NCBI GenBank assembly: GCA_013003465.1
Contig: JABDIZ010000363.1
Location: forward strand, 1 to 42,006
Direction: 5' to 3'
Length of the DNA: 42,006 nt
From: Rhodothermaceae bacterium
Lineage (GTDB): Bacteria > Bacteroidota > Rhodothermia > Rhodothermales > Rubricoccaceae
The first letter of the stretch is position 1; each line of letters starts with the position of its first letter. This document shows, piece after piece, positions 7,918-16,109 of this stretch. The position numbers and the translations under genes were made by a program. The notes under the pieces were generated by a model. The model saw only the letters and a program-made list of their open reading frames with translations, made no database searches and was not told the origin of the DNA.

Positions 7918-8855
7918 GCAGGTCCCTCCTGGCGCGTGGCTTCGGCCGCGTCAAGGACTTTCAGCAACTCGGCCGTCGCGCGTACGTCGTGGGTGCGGAC
8001 AAGGGAGGCGCCGCGCAGCACGGCCGTCGCCGTGAGGCCCAGGGTCCCGAACAGCCGGTCCTGGATCGGCGCGGGGGCGGCGGGCGTCCCGAGCACTGCT
8101 CCGACCGTGCTCTTGCGCGAGATGCCGATGAGCACAGGCCGCCCGAGCGCCGCGAAGCGATCCGTGTGGGCAATGAGGCGCAGGTTCTCTTCAACCGACT
8201 TCCCGAAGCCGAAGCCAGGGTCCACTACCACATCGCGGACGCCTGCCTGTTCCGCCGTCTGGATCGACTCTGCTAGGCTCTGCGCCACGTCCTCCACCAC
8301 GTCGGTGTAGGTGTGCTCGTGCGGCATGGCGCCGGGCTGGCCGAGGGCATGCATCACGATAAGTGGAGCGCCGTAGTCCGCCGCCGCACGGGCCGTCCCG
8401 ACCCCGTCGCGCACGCCCGTGATGTCGTTGACGAGGTGGGCGCCTGCTGCGAGCGCCGCCCGCGCAACCTCGCCCTTGTAGGTGTCCACCGAAATCAACA
8501 CGTGGGGAAAACGCCGCGCCAGCGCCACGATCACGGGGACCACACGGCGCTTCTCCTCCTCGGGAGAGACGGGCTCGGCGCCCGCGCCGTAGGTCGTGCC
8601 GCGCGGGCGCGTGGACTCGCCGCCCACATCGAAAAGGGCCGCGCCTTCCTCGGCCATGGCCTCCGCGCGACGCAACGCGGCGTCAACCGTCGTGTACCGG
8701 CCGCCGTCCGAGAACGAGTCGGGGGTGACGTTCAGGATGCCCATGACGTGGGCTCCTGCGCCGGGCCGACAATCCAGCAGGCGCCCTCGGCAGTCGAGTA
8801 CAAAGGGATCGGCCGGAGGCGGTGCAGTCGAGATGAGCGGGAGGGAGGGGGGCAT
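7914..8855 (-). CDS. folP: Dihydropteroate synthase
   Basis: 313 aa from the ATG at 8855. Motifs present: MGILNVTPDSFSDGG, DVGGESTRP, ISVDT, VNDITG and DPGFGFGK. The longer N-terminal extension in the track lies in the divergent intergenic region. Confidence 0.93.
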   Translation of the reverse strand: MPPSLPLISTAPPPADPFVLDCRGRLLDCRPGAGAHVMGILNVTPDSFSDGGRYTTVDAALRRAEAMAEEGAALFDVGGESTRPRGTTYGAGAEPVSPEEEKRRVVPVIVALARRFPHVLISVDTYKGEVARAALAAGAHLVNDITGVRDGVGTARAAADYGAPLIVMHALGQPGAMPHEHTYTDVVEDVAQSLAESIQTAEQAGVRDVVVDPGFGFGKSVEENLRLIAHTDRFAALGRPVLIGISRKSTVGAVLGTPAAPAPIQDRLFGTLGLTATAVLRGASLVRTHDVRATAELLKVLDAAEATRQEGPA

Positions 8856-9031
8856 GGAGGGGAAAAAGGCCGTGTCCGAATCTACGACCGGGGCTGCTGG
8901 AACAGCGCCGGATCGCCAACCGGCGGAACATCCGAGGGGCCTCTGCCGGTTTACAGACGAAGAAAAGATGAACGTCCCTGGCAGAGTCCCTCCCACACGA
9001 CTCCATTTGCCGATATCTTCGGGACCAACGA

Positions 9032-9066
9032 GTTGAGCCTATCGGGCACCGTTGAGCCTATTGGGC
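9032..9066. repeat. Direct repeat GTTGAGCCTATCGGGC / GTTGAGCCTATTGGGC upstream of rpoD
   Basis: Two 16-nt copies (15/16 identical) at 9032-9047 and 9051-9066, with a 19-nt period. They lie 38-72 nt upstream of the rpoD ATG. Confidence 0.85.
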
Positions 9067-9103
9067 TGCCTCTGCTTCTCCTGCTCACCGCCTCGCCACT
9101 CCG

Positions 9104-9946
9104 ATGTACGTCCCCCGCCAGCAGCGGATGCTGGACCAGTACCTCCAGGAGATTGGGCAGATCGTTCTGCTCAAGCCGGAGGAAGAGGTGGAACTCGCGC
9201 GTCGCATCAAGCAGGGCGACGCCGAGGCGCTCCACGCGCTCGTGCGGGCCAACCTCCGGTTCGTCGTCTCCGTCGCGAAGAAGTACCAGGGGCAGGGTCT
9301 CACGCTCTCCGACCTCATCAACGAGGGTAACTACGGGCTCATCAAGGCGGCGCAGCGCTTCGACGAGACGCGCGGCTTCAAGTTCATCTCCTACGCCGTC
9401 TGGTGGATTCGGCAGGCCATTCTGCAAGCACTCGCCGAGCAGAGCCGCGTAGTGCGCCTGCCGCTCAACCGCATCGGGACGATCTCGAAGATCCGCAAGA
9501 TGAGCGCCAAGCTGACGCAGGACCTCGACCGCCCGCCCAACGTGGACGAACTGGCGGCCGAGCTCGACATCAGCCCTGAAAAAGTCCGCGACGCGCTCAA
9601 GCACACGGGCCGCCACCTCTCGATGGACGCGCCTTTCAACGACGAGGACGACAACTCGCTCCTCGACGTGCTGCCGGACGAGGATGACATCCCGCCCGAC
9701 GAGTTCCTCATGGACGAGTCGCTCAAGATTGATATCGGGCGCGCGCTGGCTACGCTGCATCCGCGCGAGGCCGAGATCACGCGCCTGTACTTCGGCATCG
9801 GGCGCGAGCATCCGCTGACGCTGGAGGAGATCGGACAGCAATTCAGCCTCACGCGCGAGCGGGTGCGCCAGATCAAGGAGAAGGCGCTGCGCAAGCTCCG
9901 CCAGAAGCACCGCCGCGACGAGTTGCAGATGCACATCGGCGCGTAG
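9104..9946 (+). CDS. rpoD: RNA polymerase primary-like sigma-70 factor (short Bacteroidota-type RpoD, no region 1.1)
   Basis: 280 aa. Present: LDQYLQEIG, region 2 ([12 protein letters not shown]...[17 protein letters not shown]...[13 protein letters not shown]), region 3, and region 4.2 ([29 protein letters not shown]). An in-frame stop at 9053 excludes a longer N-terminus. Confidence 0.93.
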   Translation: MYVPRQQRMLDQYLQEIGQIVLLKPEEEVELARRIKQGDAEALHALVRANLRFVVSVAKKYQGQGLTLSDLINEGNYGLIKAAQRFDETRGFKFISYAVWWIRQAILQALAEQSRVVRLPLNRIGTISKIRKMSAKLTQDLDRPPNVDELAAELDISPEKVRDALKHTGRHLSMDAPFNDEDDNSLLDVLPDEDDIPPDEFLMDESLKIDIGRALATLHPREAEITRLYFGIGREHPLTLEEIGQQFSLTRERVRQIKEKALRKLRQKHRRDELQMHIGA

Positions 9947-10107
9947 CGCGCCGGATGGCTAGATCTACGGGCACCTCCGCACCGACGGGCGGTAGACGGC
10001 CGACCTGCTCACCACCCCCCTTGCTGCCATGCAGACCCGCCAACTAGGAACGGACGGCCCCCTCCGATCTCCCCGCTCCCGCGCAGGACGCAAGGCATCT
10101 GAGATCG

Positions 10108-10803
10108 ATGGCTGAAGCGTCCCTCGCCCTCGTCACCGGCGGCAACCGTGGGATCGGTCTCGGCGTCTGCCGCCAACTCGCCGGACGAGGGTATGCCGTC
10201 CTCCTCACCGGCCGTGACCTCGGCGCGGCCCGCGCAGCGGCGGACAGGATCGAGGGTGCCGTGACGCCCCTCCAACTCGACGTGACCGACGCCGGGAGCG
10301 TCGAGGCGGCACGGGCCGAGGTCGAGGAGCGGTTCGGTCGGCTCGATGTTCTCGTCAACAACGCTGCAGCCGACTACGACACAGATCAAGATGTGCTCTC
10401 GGCCGACCTTGATCGTGTCCGGCGGGCGCTCGAGACCAACACGCTCGGGCCGTGGCGGGTCGCGCAGGCCTTCGTCCCGCTTCTCCGGGCAAACGGGTGC
10501 GGTCGGCTCGTCAATGTGTCCAGCGGTTACGGAGCGCTCTCAGGTGTCGCGACCGGCCCGCCCGGCTACAGCCTCTCGAAAGCGGCCCTCAATGCGCTGG
10601 CCATTATGCTCGCGGCAGCGCTCGCGGACGACGGGGTACTCGTCAACGCTGTTGGGCCGGGGTGGGTGCGGACGGACATGGGCGGGGCAGCCGCCCCGCG
10701 CTCGGTCGAGGAGGGCGCGGCAAGCGTCGTGTGGGCAGCGACGCTCCCGGACAACGGTCCGACGGGAGGGTTCTTCCGCGACGGTCGCCGGATCGCTTGG
10801 TAG
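10108..10803 (+). CDS. Short-chain dehydrogenase/reductase (carbonyl-reductase-like SDR)
   Basis: TGGNRGIG cofactor motif, NNAA, and the catalytic YSLSKAALN. 231 aa. Confidence 0.88.
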   Translation: MAEASLALVTGGNRGIGLGVCRQLAGRGYAVLLTGRDLGAARAAADRIEGAVTPLQLDVTDAGSVEAARAEVEERFGRLDVLVNNAAADYDTDQDVLSADLDRVRRALETNTLGPWRVAQAFVPLLRANGCGRLVNVSSGYGALSGVATGPPGYSLSKAALNALAIMLAAALADDGVLVNAVGPGWVRTDMGGAAAPRSVEEGAASVVWAATLPDNGPTGGFFRDGRRIAW

Positions 10804-10929
10804 GTCCGTGGGGCGGCGGTCTCTAAAAAATTCAAGGGGTTATAGTCATCCGCCCGGCGTGGGGGGTAGGCGAAGTGGGGCCACCCACCTGGCTACCGAC
10901 TGTTCCCTTTCACTTCATCCCCTCCTCCC

Positions 10930-11871
10930 ATGTCCCGTTTCTGGACTCCCGCCCTCGCCTTGTTCCTGGCGGTCACCCTCGTCGCCTGCGACGCGAACTC
11001 TGTAGACTCTGTCAGTGCCAATGCGGTCGGCACGATGATGCTCGACACGCCCGAGGCGAGTGCCTTCGGCGAGGCCGTGCGTGCCGCCGACAAGGTCGAC
11101 GCCCTCGATGCCGAAGGGCCCTTCACGATCTTCGTGCCTGTCAACAGCGCCTTCGAGGCGATGGACCCTGCGTTGCGCCGTGCCATGATGAGCCCGGAGC
11201 ACCGTGCGGATCTGCGCGCCACGGTTGATGCCCACACCGTTGCGGGCGATATCGAGGTGGCGAGCCTCGCAGCCGGTTCTACCATCACTGCAGTGGACGG
11301 TACTGAGCTGCAGATCGTCACGCGCGGAGATACCCGCTATGTGAACGGCGCTGAGATCGTTGGTGAAGCCCGCGCGGGCAACGGCCGCATCATCTTCGTG
11401 CTGGCCTTCATCATCTCGCCGTTCGACATCCCGACGACCGCTGAGATCCTTGGCTTCAACAACCTGCTCGCCGCCGTCGAAGCGGCCGGGCTGGGCGAGG
11501 CCCTCAGCGGGCGGCCCAAGTTCACCGTCATGGCTCCGACCGACGAGGCGTTCGAGAATCTCGCTGCCGCCCTCGGCCTGACACTCGATGAGGTGCTCGC
11601 GCTCGACATCCTCCCAGACGTGCTGCTCTACCACGTCGTCGGCGCACCGGCCTTTTCGTGGCAACTCCTCGATGGCACTGAAGTGACAACGCTACAGGGC
11701 CAGAGCTGGACCATCGACCGCGAAAGCGACGATCCTTTTCCCCTAGACCGCATGCTCGGTGTTGACACCGATGGTGACGGCGAGAGCGACTCCGAAGTCG
11801 TCGTAGCCGATGTGCTCACGCGCGGCGGCGTGATCCACGCCATCGACACGGTATTGCTCCCATCCCTCTAG
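10930..11871 (+). CDS. Fasciclin (FAS1) domain lipoprotein, two FAS1 repeats
   Basis: Lipobox LAVTLVAC. Two FAS1 cores (GPFTIFVPVNSAFEAM and FTVMAPTDEAFENL) and a C-terminal GGVIHAIDTVLLP. A 27-nt G-free leader lies at 10903-10929. Confidence 0.88.
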   Translation: MSRFWTPALALFLAVTLVACDANSVDSVSANAVGTMMLDTPEASAFGEAVRAADKVDALDAEGPFTIFVPVNSAFEAMDPALRRAMMSPEHRADLRATVDAHTVAGDIEVASLAAGSTITAVDGTELQIVTRGDTRYVNGAEIVGEARAGNGRIIFVLAFIISPFDIPTTAEILGFNNLLAAVEAAGLGEALSGRPKFTVMAPTDEAFENLAAALGLTLDEVLALDILPDVLLYHVVGAPAFSWQLLDGTEVTTLQGQSWTIDRESDDPFPLDRMLGVDTDGDGESDSEVVVADVLTRGGVIHAIDTVLLPSL

Positions 11872-11921
11872 TAAAGCACGACATCTACCTCTTGGAGTTG
11901 CTACCTCCAGAGCCGGATGCA

Positions 11922-11957
11922 GCGCTGGGCCTTCGGGCTCAGCGCCGCACTGGTTTT
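11922..11957 (+). terminator. Candidate intrinsic terminator downstream of the fasciclin gene
   Basis: GCGCTGGGCC-TTCG-GGCTCAGCGC forms a 10-bp stem (one G-U pair) with a 4-nt loop at 11922-11945. A weak T-tract (GGTTTTGG) ends at 11957. The hairpin lies 51 nt after the stop. Confidence 0.45.
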
Positions 11958-11992
11958 GGAGCAGGGGATCCACGTTTCGGGCGCAGCGGTCG

Positions 11993-12023
11993 TTGCTTCA
12001 ATGAAGAGATGCTATTATTTTAG
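11993..12023 (+). promoter_or_regulatory. Candidate Bacteroidota-type sigma-A promoter for the M13 peptidase gene
   Basis: TTG at 11993-11995, a 20-nt spacer, then TATTTTAG at 12016-12023. The Bacteroidota -7 consensus is TAnnTTTG, and 5 of the 6 specified positions match. This is the only clearly AT-rich patch in this intergenic region. Confidence 0.3.
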
Positions 12024-12054
12024 CACTATGCTCCACCCAGCCCATGCTTTGCCC

Positions 12055-14082
12055 ATGCGCCCCTTCCTCCTTCTCCTACTCGCCGCGCTTGCCGTTGCCC
12101 CGATGGCTTGCAGGCAGGCCACCAGTTCACCGCCGCCCGGCCTCGGGCTCGGCATAGACAGCACCGCGATGGACCGCTCGGTCCGCCCGCAGGATGATCT
12201 CTATCGCTACGTCAACGGCGCGTGGCTGGACACGGCCGAGATCCCAGCGGATCGGCCGCGTTATGGCTCCTTCGACCAGCTCCGCGAGAAGTCGGAGCGC
12301 GACGTGCGGGCCATCATCGAGGATGCGATGGCGGGCGAGGTAGATGATCCCGACGCGGAGAAGATCGCGGACCTCTACCGCAGCTACCTCGACAGCACGC
12401 GCACCGATGCGCTCGGCATCGCGCCGCTGGAGGCCGATCTGGAGCGCATCGCGGCCGTGGACTCGGCCGAGGACCTGGCCCGCTACTTCGCACGGAACGC
12501 CTGGGAATTCGGGCCTCGCCCGTTCGTCTGGTACGTCACCACCGACGACCGCAATTCGGACCAGTACGCGCTGCACTTCACACAGTCGGGTCTCGGGCTG
12601 CCCAACCGGAGCTACTACTTCGACGACCAGTTTGCCGAAGCCCGTGCGGCGTATCAGGTTTACCTCGGAGACCTGTACGACCTTGCCGAGTGGCCGGATG
12701 GCGCGCCCGTGGCGCGGACCGTGTTCGATCTGGAGCGGCAACTCGCCGAGCACCACTGGACGCCGGTCCAGAACCGTGACCCCGAGGCAACCTACAACAA
12801 ATTCGCGCTGGCTGATTTCTCTGCAGCTCATCCCAACCTGCACCTTGACATCCTCCTGCCCGAGGCCCGCATCAGCGGTGTGGACTCGGTGATTGTGAGT
12901 CAGCCTTCCTACTTCGAGGCGCTCAACGACCTGATGGCGGAGATTCCGCTGGTGGACTGGACGGCGTGGGCGCAGGCGCGTACGCTGAACAGTGCCGCTG
13001 GCTTGCTTTCCCAGGAGTTCATAGCCGCCAGCTTCGATTTCAACGGGCGGACGCTCAACGGACAGGAAGAGGATCGGCCCCGCTGGAAGAAAGCCGTGCA
13101 GGCCATCAACGGCACACTCGGCGAGTCGGTGGGGCGGATCTACGTGGCGCGGCACTTCACGCCCGAGGCCAAGGCGCGCATGGACGGCATGATCCGCAAC
13201 CTCCAGGAAGCCATGCGCCAGTCGATCACCGAACTGGAGTGGATGAGCGAGGAGACCAAGGAGCAGGCGCTCAACAAGCTCAGCACGTACGTGTTCAAGA
13301 TCGGGTATCCCGACGAGTGGGAGGACTATTCCGACCTGGAAATCCGCCCGGACGATCTCTTCGGTAACGTCCAGCGGGCGAGCCTGTGGGGCTACAACGA
13401 CATGATCGGCGACCTCGGGCAGCCTGTGGACCGGGGCGAATGGGGCATGACGCCGCAGACGGTCAACGCCTACTACAACCCAGCCTTCAATGAGATCGTC
13501 TTTCCGGCCGCCATCCTCCAGCCCCCGTTCTTCAATGTTGAGGCCGACGATGCCGTCAACTATGGCGCCATTGGGGGCGTCATCGGCCACGAGTTCAGCC
13601 ACGGCTTCGACGACAGCGGCAGCCAGTACGATGCCGAGGGCAACCTCCGCAGCTGGTGGACCGACACCGATCTGGAAGAGTTCGAACGCCTCACGGGTAT
13701 GCTCGTGGAGCAGTACAACGGCTATGCGCCGTTTGAGGACGCCCGTGTCAACGGCGAGCTGACCCTCGGCGAAAACATCGGCGACCTCTCGGGGCTGACG
13801 ATGGCACACCGGGCCTACCGCCTCTCGCTCGGCGAGGAGGAGGCCCCGGTCATCGAGGGCTTCACCGGCGACCAGCGCTTCTTCATGGGCTGGGCGCAGG
13901 TCTGGCGCATCAAGCACCGCGACGCCTTCCTCCGCCAGTTGCTACAGGTGGATCCACATGCGCCCGGGCAGTACCGCGCCGTCGGGCCCCTGCCACACAT
14001 TCCGGCGTTCTACGCCGCGTTCAACTTGGAGCCGGGCGACGGCATGTATGTGGCCCCGGAGGAGCGGATCAAGCTCTGGTAA
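12055..14082 (+). CDS. M13 family zinc metallopeptidase (PepO/endothelin-converting-enzyme-like), lipoprotein
   Basis: HEFSHGFD (HExxH), ENIGDLSG (ExxxD) and NAYY motifs. Signal/lipobox MRPFLLLLLAALAVAPMAC from the ATG at 12055; an ATG at 12028 is an alternative start. The track start at 11917 lies inside the terminator/promoter region. Confidence 0.9.
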   Translation: MRPFLLLLLAALAVAPMACRQATSSPPPGLGLGIDSTAMDRSVRPQDDLYRYVNGAWLDTAEIPADRPRYGSFDQLREKSERDVRAIIEDAMAGEVDDPDAEKIADLYRSYLDSTRTDALGIAPLEADLERIAAVDSAEDLARYFARNAWEFGPRPFVWYVTTDDRNSDQYALHFTQSGLGLPNRSYYFDDQFAEARAAYQVYLGDLYDLAEWPDGAPVARTVFDLERQLAEHHWTPVQNRDPEATYNKFALADFSAAHPNLHLDILLPEARISGVDSVIVSQPSYFEALNDLMAEIPLVDWTAWAQARTLNSAAGLLSQEFIAASFDFNGRTLNGQEEDRPRWKKAVQAINGTLGESVGRIYVARHFTPEAKARMDGMIRNLQEAMRQSITELEWMSEETKEQALNKLSTYVFKIGYPDEWEDYSDLEIRPDDLFGNVQRASLWGYNDMIGDLGQPVDRGEWGMTPQTVNAYYNPAFNEIVFPAAILQPPFFNVEADDAVNYGAIGGVIGHEFSHGFDDSGSQYDAEGNLRSWWTDTDLEEFERLTGMLVEQYNGYAPFEDARVNGELTLGENIGDLSGLTMAHRAYRLSLGEEEAPVIEGFTGDQRFFMGWAQVWRIKHRDAFLRQLLQVDPHAPGQYRAVGPLPHIPAFYAAFNLEPGDGMYVAPEERIKLW

Positions 14083-14151
14083 GCAAGAAGCGGGGAGTCG
14101 AGGACGCCTACCGCTTCGCGCCTCTTCGATTCTCCGGCTCCCCGTCTCTTT

Positions 14152-14970
14152 CTATCCTTCCCACGCTGGGGCGAAGTCCGGGTTGATGAGGCGGCGGTTC
14201 TCGGCGAGGGCATCCATCCGGTCCATCTCGTCCTCGCTGAGTGCAAAGTCGAAGAGATTGAGGTTGGCCGTGATGTGATCAGGCGTGGCTGAGCGCGGGA
14301 TGGCAGCGACGCGATCCTGCTGGAGCAGCCAGCGGAGCGTGACCTGAACCGGACTTTTGCCGTGCGTCTCGGCGATGGCCCGGATGGTGTAGTTCTCGGC
14401 TACGGTACCGCGCACAATCGGGCTGTAGGCTGTCAGCATCATGCCGTGCTTGCGGACGAGCTCGAGGAGCGTCTGTTGGTTGAGAAAGGGGTGGTACTCG
14501 ACCTGGTTGCAGGTGAGGTCGGGAACATGGTCCAGCGCTTGCGCGAGGAGCGAGGGCGTGAAGTTGCTCACGCCGATGAGCCGCGTCTTGCCTTGCGTGC
14601 GGACTTCCTGAAACGCGTCCAGCGTCTCGCGGAGGTCGATGGCCTCGTTGGGCCAATGGATGAGCAGCAGATCCACGTACTCGGTGCCCAGTCTACGGAG
14701 GCTCTCGTCGGTGGCGCGGAGCACATCGGCGTGGTGGAGGTCGTCGCGCCAGAGCTTGGTGGTGAGGAAGAGAGCTTCGCGCTCTACACCAGACTGGCGG
14801 ATGGCCTGGCCCACTTCGGCCTCGTTCTCGTACATCTGCGCCGTGTCGAGGTGCCGGTAGCCTGCGCCGAGCGCGGTGTTGATGGCGGTGCGTGCCTCGT
14901 CGCCGCGCAGCCGCCAGGTGCCAAAGCCGAGCGCCGGGACGGGAATGCCCTGGAGATCGATCGTGATCAT
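14152..14970 (-). CDS. Aldo/keto reductase (2,5-diketo-D-gluconate reductase-like)
   Basis: 272 aa from the ATG at 14970. Motifs present: ALGFGTW, YRHLDTAQMYENE, LLIHWP and IPRS. A 31-nt G-free leader on the coding strand lies at 14971-15001. Confidence 0.9.
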   Translation of the reverse strand: MITIDLQGIPVPALGFGTWRLRGDEARTAINTALGAGYRHLDTAQMYENEAEVGQAIRQSGVEREALFLTTKLWRDDLHHADVLRATDESLRRLGTEYVDLLLIHWPNEAIDLRETLDAFQEVRTQGKTRLIGVSNFTPSLLAQALDHVPDLTCNQVEYHPFLNQQTLLELVRKHGMMLTAYSPIVRGTVAENYTIRAIAETHGKSPVQVTLRWLLQQDRVAAIPRSATPDHITANLNLFDFALSEDEMDRMDALAENRRLINPDFAPAWEG

Positions 14971-15089
14971 TGGAAGGGAGAGGGATGAAAAGAGAGGGAA
15001 GCATCCAACGCGAGGCTGGGCGCGCAGTTCAGGCGCGTAACTGGCCGCGCACCGCCGCGTAGCTTCGGAGACCAGACACCGCCGCATCT

Positions 15090-16109
15090 ATGGCTCTTCG
15101 CTTCAGCCTCCGCTCACCGCTCGCGTTTCTGCTGCTGGCTTCAGGCGTCTACGCCGTCGCCGCGTTCATCGTCAGCCGCCTGGCGACACTGCCGGACCCC
15201 GAGATGCTGGCCGCCGCGCTCACGCTGGACCTGACGCTACTGGTCCCCGCGCTCTACTACGGAGTGCTCGTGCGCGGGCGCAGCTGGCCGACCATCACGG
15301 TGGCGCCGGTCTTCGTGTTCAGCTTCGTAGCAGCCTCCTTTCTAATCCCCGATGCCTACCATGGGACGCTCGACCGCCTGCACCTCGTCGTACCGCTTGT
15401 GGAAGTGGGGTTGCTCGCCGTGCTCGTCCTGCGCGCACGGGCAGTGGTCGGGGCCTACCGGACGGCGCCTTCAGCGGATGCCTACGACCGGATGCGGACC
15501 GCCATCCGTGCCGCGCTCGGCGACGGGCTATCCTCCAGGATGCTGGCCTACGAAGCAGCCGTGCTGCGGTACGCGCTCGTCGGCTGGCGCGAGCAGCCCG
15601 TCGAAGAGAAGAGCGCCTTCGGGTACGTGCGCACGAGCGGGTACGGTGGCGTGTTGCTCGGCATTCTGATCGCCGCAGTGCTGGAACTGGTAGCGGGGCA
15701 CATCCTGCTGCATCTGTTCTGGAGCCCCACCGCCGCGCTCGTGCACCTCGCCCTCAGCGGCTACGCGCTTCTCTGGTTCCTCGGCGATTACCAGGCCATG
15801 CGCCTCCGACCGATTCGTGTGGATGACGAGGCTTTTGCGCTACGCCTCGGCCTGCGCTGGGACGCCCGGATTCCCACGGCGCAGATCGCGGGCGTCCGCC
15901 GCCTGGAGCAGCCCCTTCTGAAGGCTAAAGACACGCTCAACGCCACGCCGCTCGGGAGACTGCGCTACCTGATCGAACTCCGCGAGCCCGTCGTGGTGGA
16001 CGGCCCGTATGGCCTCAGGCGCACGGTGTCGAAGGTCGGCATCGCCGTGGATGATGCTGAGCGCTTCGAGGCACGACTGGTCGAGGTGCTCGGTCTCCCA
16101 CAAAATTAG
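15090..16109 (+). CDS. Polytopic membrane protein, function unknown (possible bacterial PH-like C-terminal domain)
   Basis: 339 aa with several hydrophobic helices in two clusters and a soluble C-terminal ~90 aa. I recognise no catalytic motif. The coding call rests on length, hydrophobic periodicity and tight packing. Confidence 0.6.
   Translation: MALRFSLRSPLAFLLLASGVYAVAAFIVSRLATLPDPEMLAAALTLDLTLLVPALYYGVLVRGRSWPTITVAPVFVFSFVAASFLIPDAYHGTLDRLHLVVPLVEVGLLAVLVLRARAVVGAYRTAPSADAYDRMRTAIRAALGDGLSSRMLAYEAAVLRYALVGWREQPVEEKSAFGYVRTSGYGGVLLGILIAAVLELVAGHILLHLFWSPTAALVHLALSGYALLWFLGDYQAMRLRPIRVDDEAFALRLGLRWDARIPTAQIAGVRRLEQPLLKAKDTLNATPLGRLRYLIELREPVVVDGPYGLRRTVSKVGIAVDDAERFEARLVEVLGLPQN

Noticed and set aside
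12127-13917. A 596-aa minus-strand ORF. Similar long antisense ORFs occur at 8951-9934, 34990-36405, 39790-41115, 3159-4274, 1615-2508, 22033-22830, 25111-25974, 16205-17263 (+) and 8313-9452 (+).
   Set aside because: All of them lie opposite genes with unambiguous family motifs (M13 peptidase, rpoD, histidine kinase, ppc, EutN and so on). All have Arg/Gly/Ala/Pro-biased, motif-free translations typical of GC-rich shadow frames.
14087-14117. GAAGCGG-N17-CCGCTTC as a bidirectional terminator between the M13 peptidase and AKR genes.
   Set aside because: The stem is only 7 bp with a 17-nt loop, and no flanking T- or A-tract is present. This is too weak to annotate.
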